Below, piece by piece: positions 33,101 to 33,994 of a DNA stretch of 33,994 nt. Origin of the DNA: an uncultured Streptococcus sp. (GTDB lineage: Bacteria; Bacillota; Bacilli; Lactobacillales; Streptococcaceae); contig CAURHZ010000001.1 of NCBI GenBank assembly GCA_963524345.1, positions 1 through 33,994 of the forward strand, in the 5' to 3' direction. Under the pieces are notes generated by a model, which searched no databases, was not told where the DNA came from, and saw only the letters and a list, made by a program, of their open reading frames with translations. Every line of letters begins with the position of its first letter. The stretch's first letter is position 1. The position numbers and the translations under genes are program-made.

Positions 33101-33994
33101 TAGCCCAAAGCAGCCATCAATTCAAAGGCTTGTTTTCTAAAGGTGATATCCCCACTCATACCAGAGTCATTTTGACTAACACCATAAATGGTATCAAACA
33201 TATCCACTAAATAATATCCATTTGCTGCAATTTTACCTTTATCTGAAAAACCAGCAATGATATAACGATTGACCAGGATATGATTGTCAATCAAACTATC
33301 AATATCTGTCAATTTTTTGGCATCTTCTAAAGTCAGAGCTTGAATCTCCTCACTCTTATGAGTTGGTTTAACTGATGGATTACGGTAATCTACCCAAGTT
33401 CTAGGACCTGTTGAAGGAATCGGCGTTATTTTTTTGAAATAAATCATATTGTATTCTGCAGATAATTTTATACTTGACTATGCTTGTAGATAATCTAGAG
33501 TATAAAGAAAATCAAAAATTCCCTTCATATAAGATTTCAAATCTTCTGCCGTTTTAAATCGATCAGGTGTTTTATTGTAAAATCCATTCTTATCACTCTC
33601 ATCATATACAAAGTTGAGATTGAAATAAGTATCCTTTTCTGGATTATAGGAGTTTTCAAAAATACCACGCGCATAAAACTCTGCTCCTGTACCATCTCGA
33701 CGACCGTGATTATTAAACAAGACCGTTCTATCTAGTAAGTGCGTCATTTCATGAGAATAAGTAGCTGAACCTCTATCATCCAGAACCCTATCTATAAAGT
33801 AACGGACACCTAATCCATTGGCCTCAGCTCCCACCTTAATTACTGGAGAATAGTAATTCATAGGAGTCATAAATTGGTCGACCCCCGTATCAGCTCCACT
33901 ACCAGTAGCTGGTGACCAAGTGCTATCAATCTGGGCATTCGGATCACTTGTATATTTCTTCATCGTATCAATAATCAAGCGATTTGTAAGCAAC
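33087..33994 (-). pseudogene. Peptidase M26 (ZmpC/IgA1-protease-like) zinc metalloprotease fragment; in-frame stop and 3' truncation
   Basis: HEMTH zinc motif, RRDGTGAEFYARG, GDITFRKQAFELMAALGYYEGF; TAG at 33478-80 in frame with the downstream ORF; homology ends at about 33087. Confidence 0.85.

Overview
Chromosomal window from a mitis-group Streptococcus, inferred from gene order and BOX/SPRITE-like repeats. The core backbone runs: purD(3' end)-purE-purK, a 75-aa hypothetical gene, purB, strH, a GntR regulator, bgaC, a mannose-family PTS (IIB/IIC/IID/IID-IIA order), agaS, galM, catE, an acetyltransferase, a nucleoside phosphorylase, trkH-trkA and a GT2 glycosyltransferase. Several accessory pieces interrupt it. 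(1) An AT-rich insert inside the pur operon carries a membrane protein plus a ComF-like phosphoribosyltransferase paired with a SLOG/DprA-like protein ending in a QLSLF clamp-type motif. This is the best candidate for a new, ShosTA-like defence or toxin-antitoxin system. It is bracketed by a decayed partial copy of the 75-aa gene. (2) A ~1.5-kb cargo sits between the two halves of a SPRITE-like hairpin: a DnaB-like fragment, a nonsense-disrupted bacteriocin-like secreted protein and a small 2-TM protein. (3) A VTC/DUF4956/Cthe_2159-like lipoprotein module whose VTC gene is frameshifted at a (TTTC)3 tract. (4) A TetR-controlled ABC exporter with visible operators. (5) A right-end breakpoint where the first six codons of a pavB-like gene abut an inverted, truncated M26 zinc-metalloprotease. 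All family assignments are from motif recognition by eye; no database searches were run.
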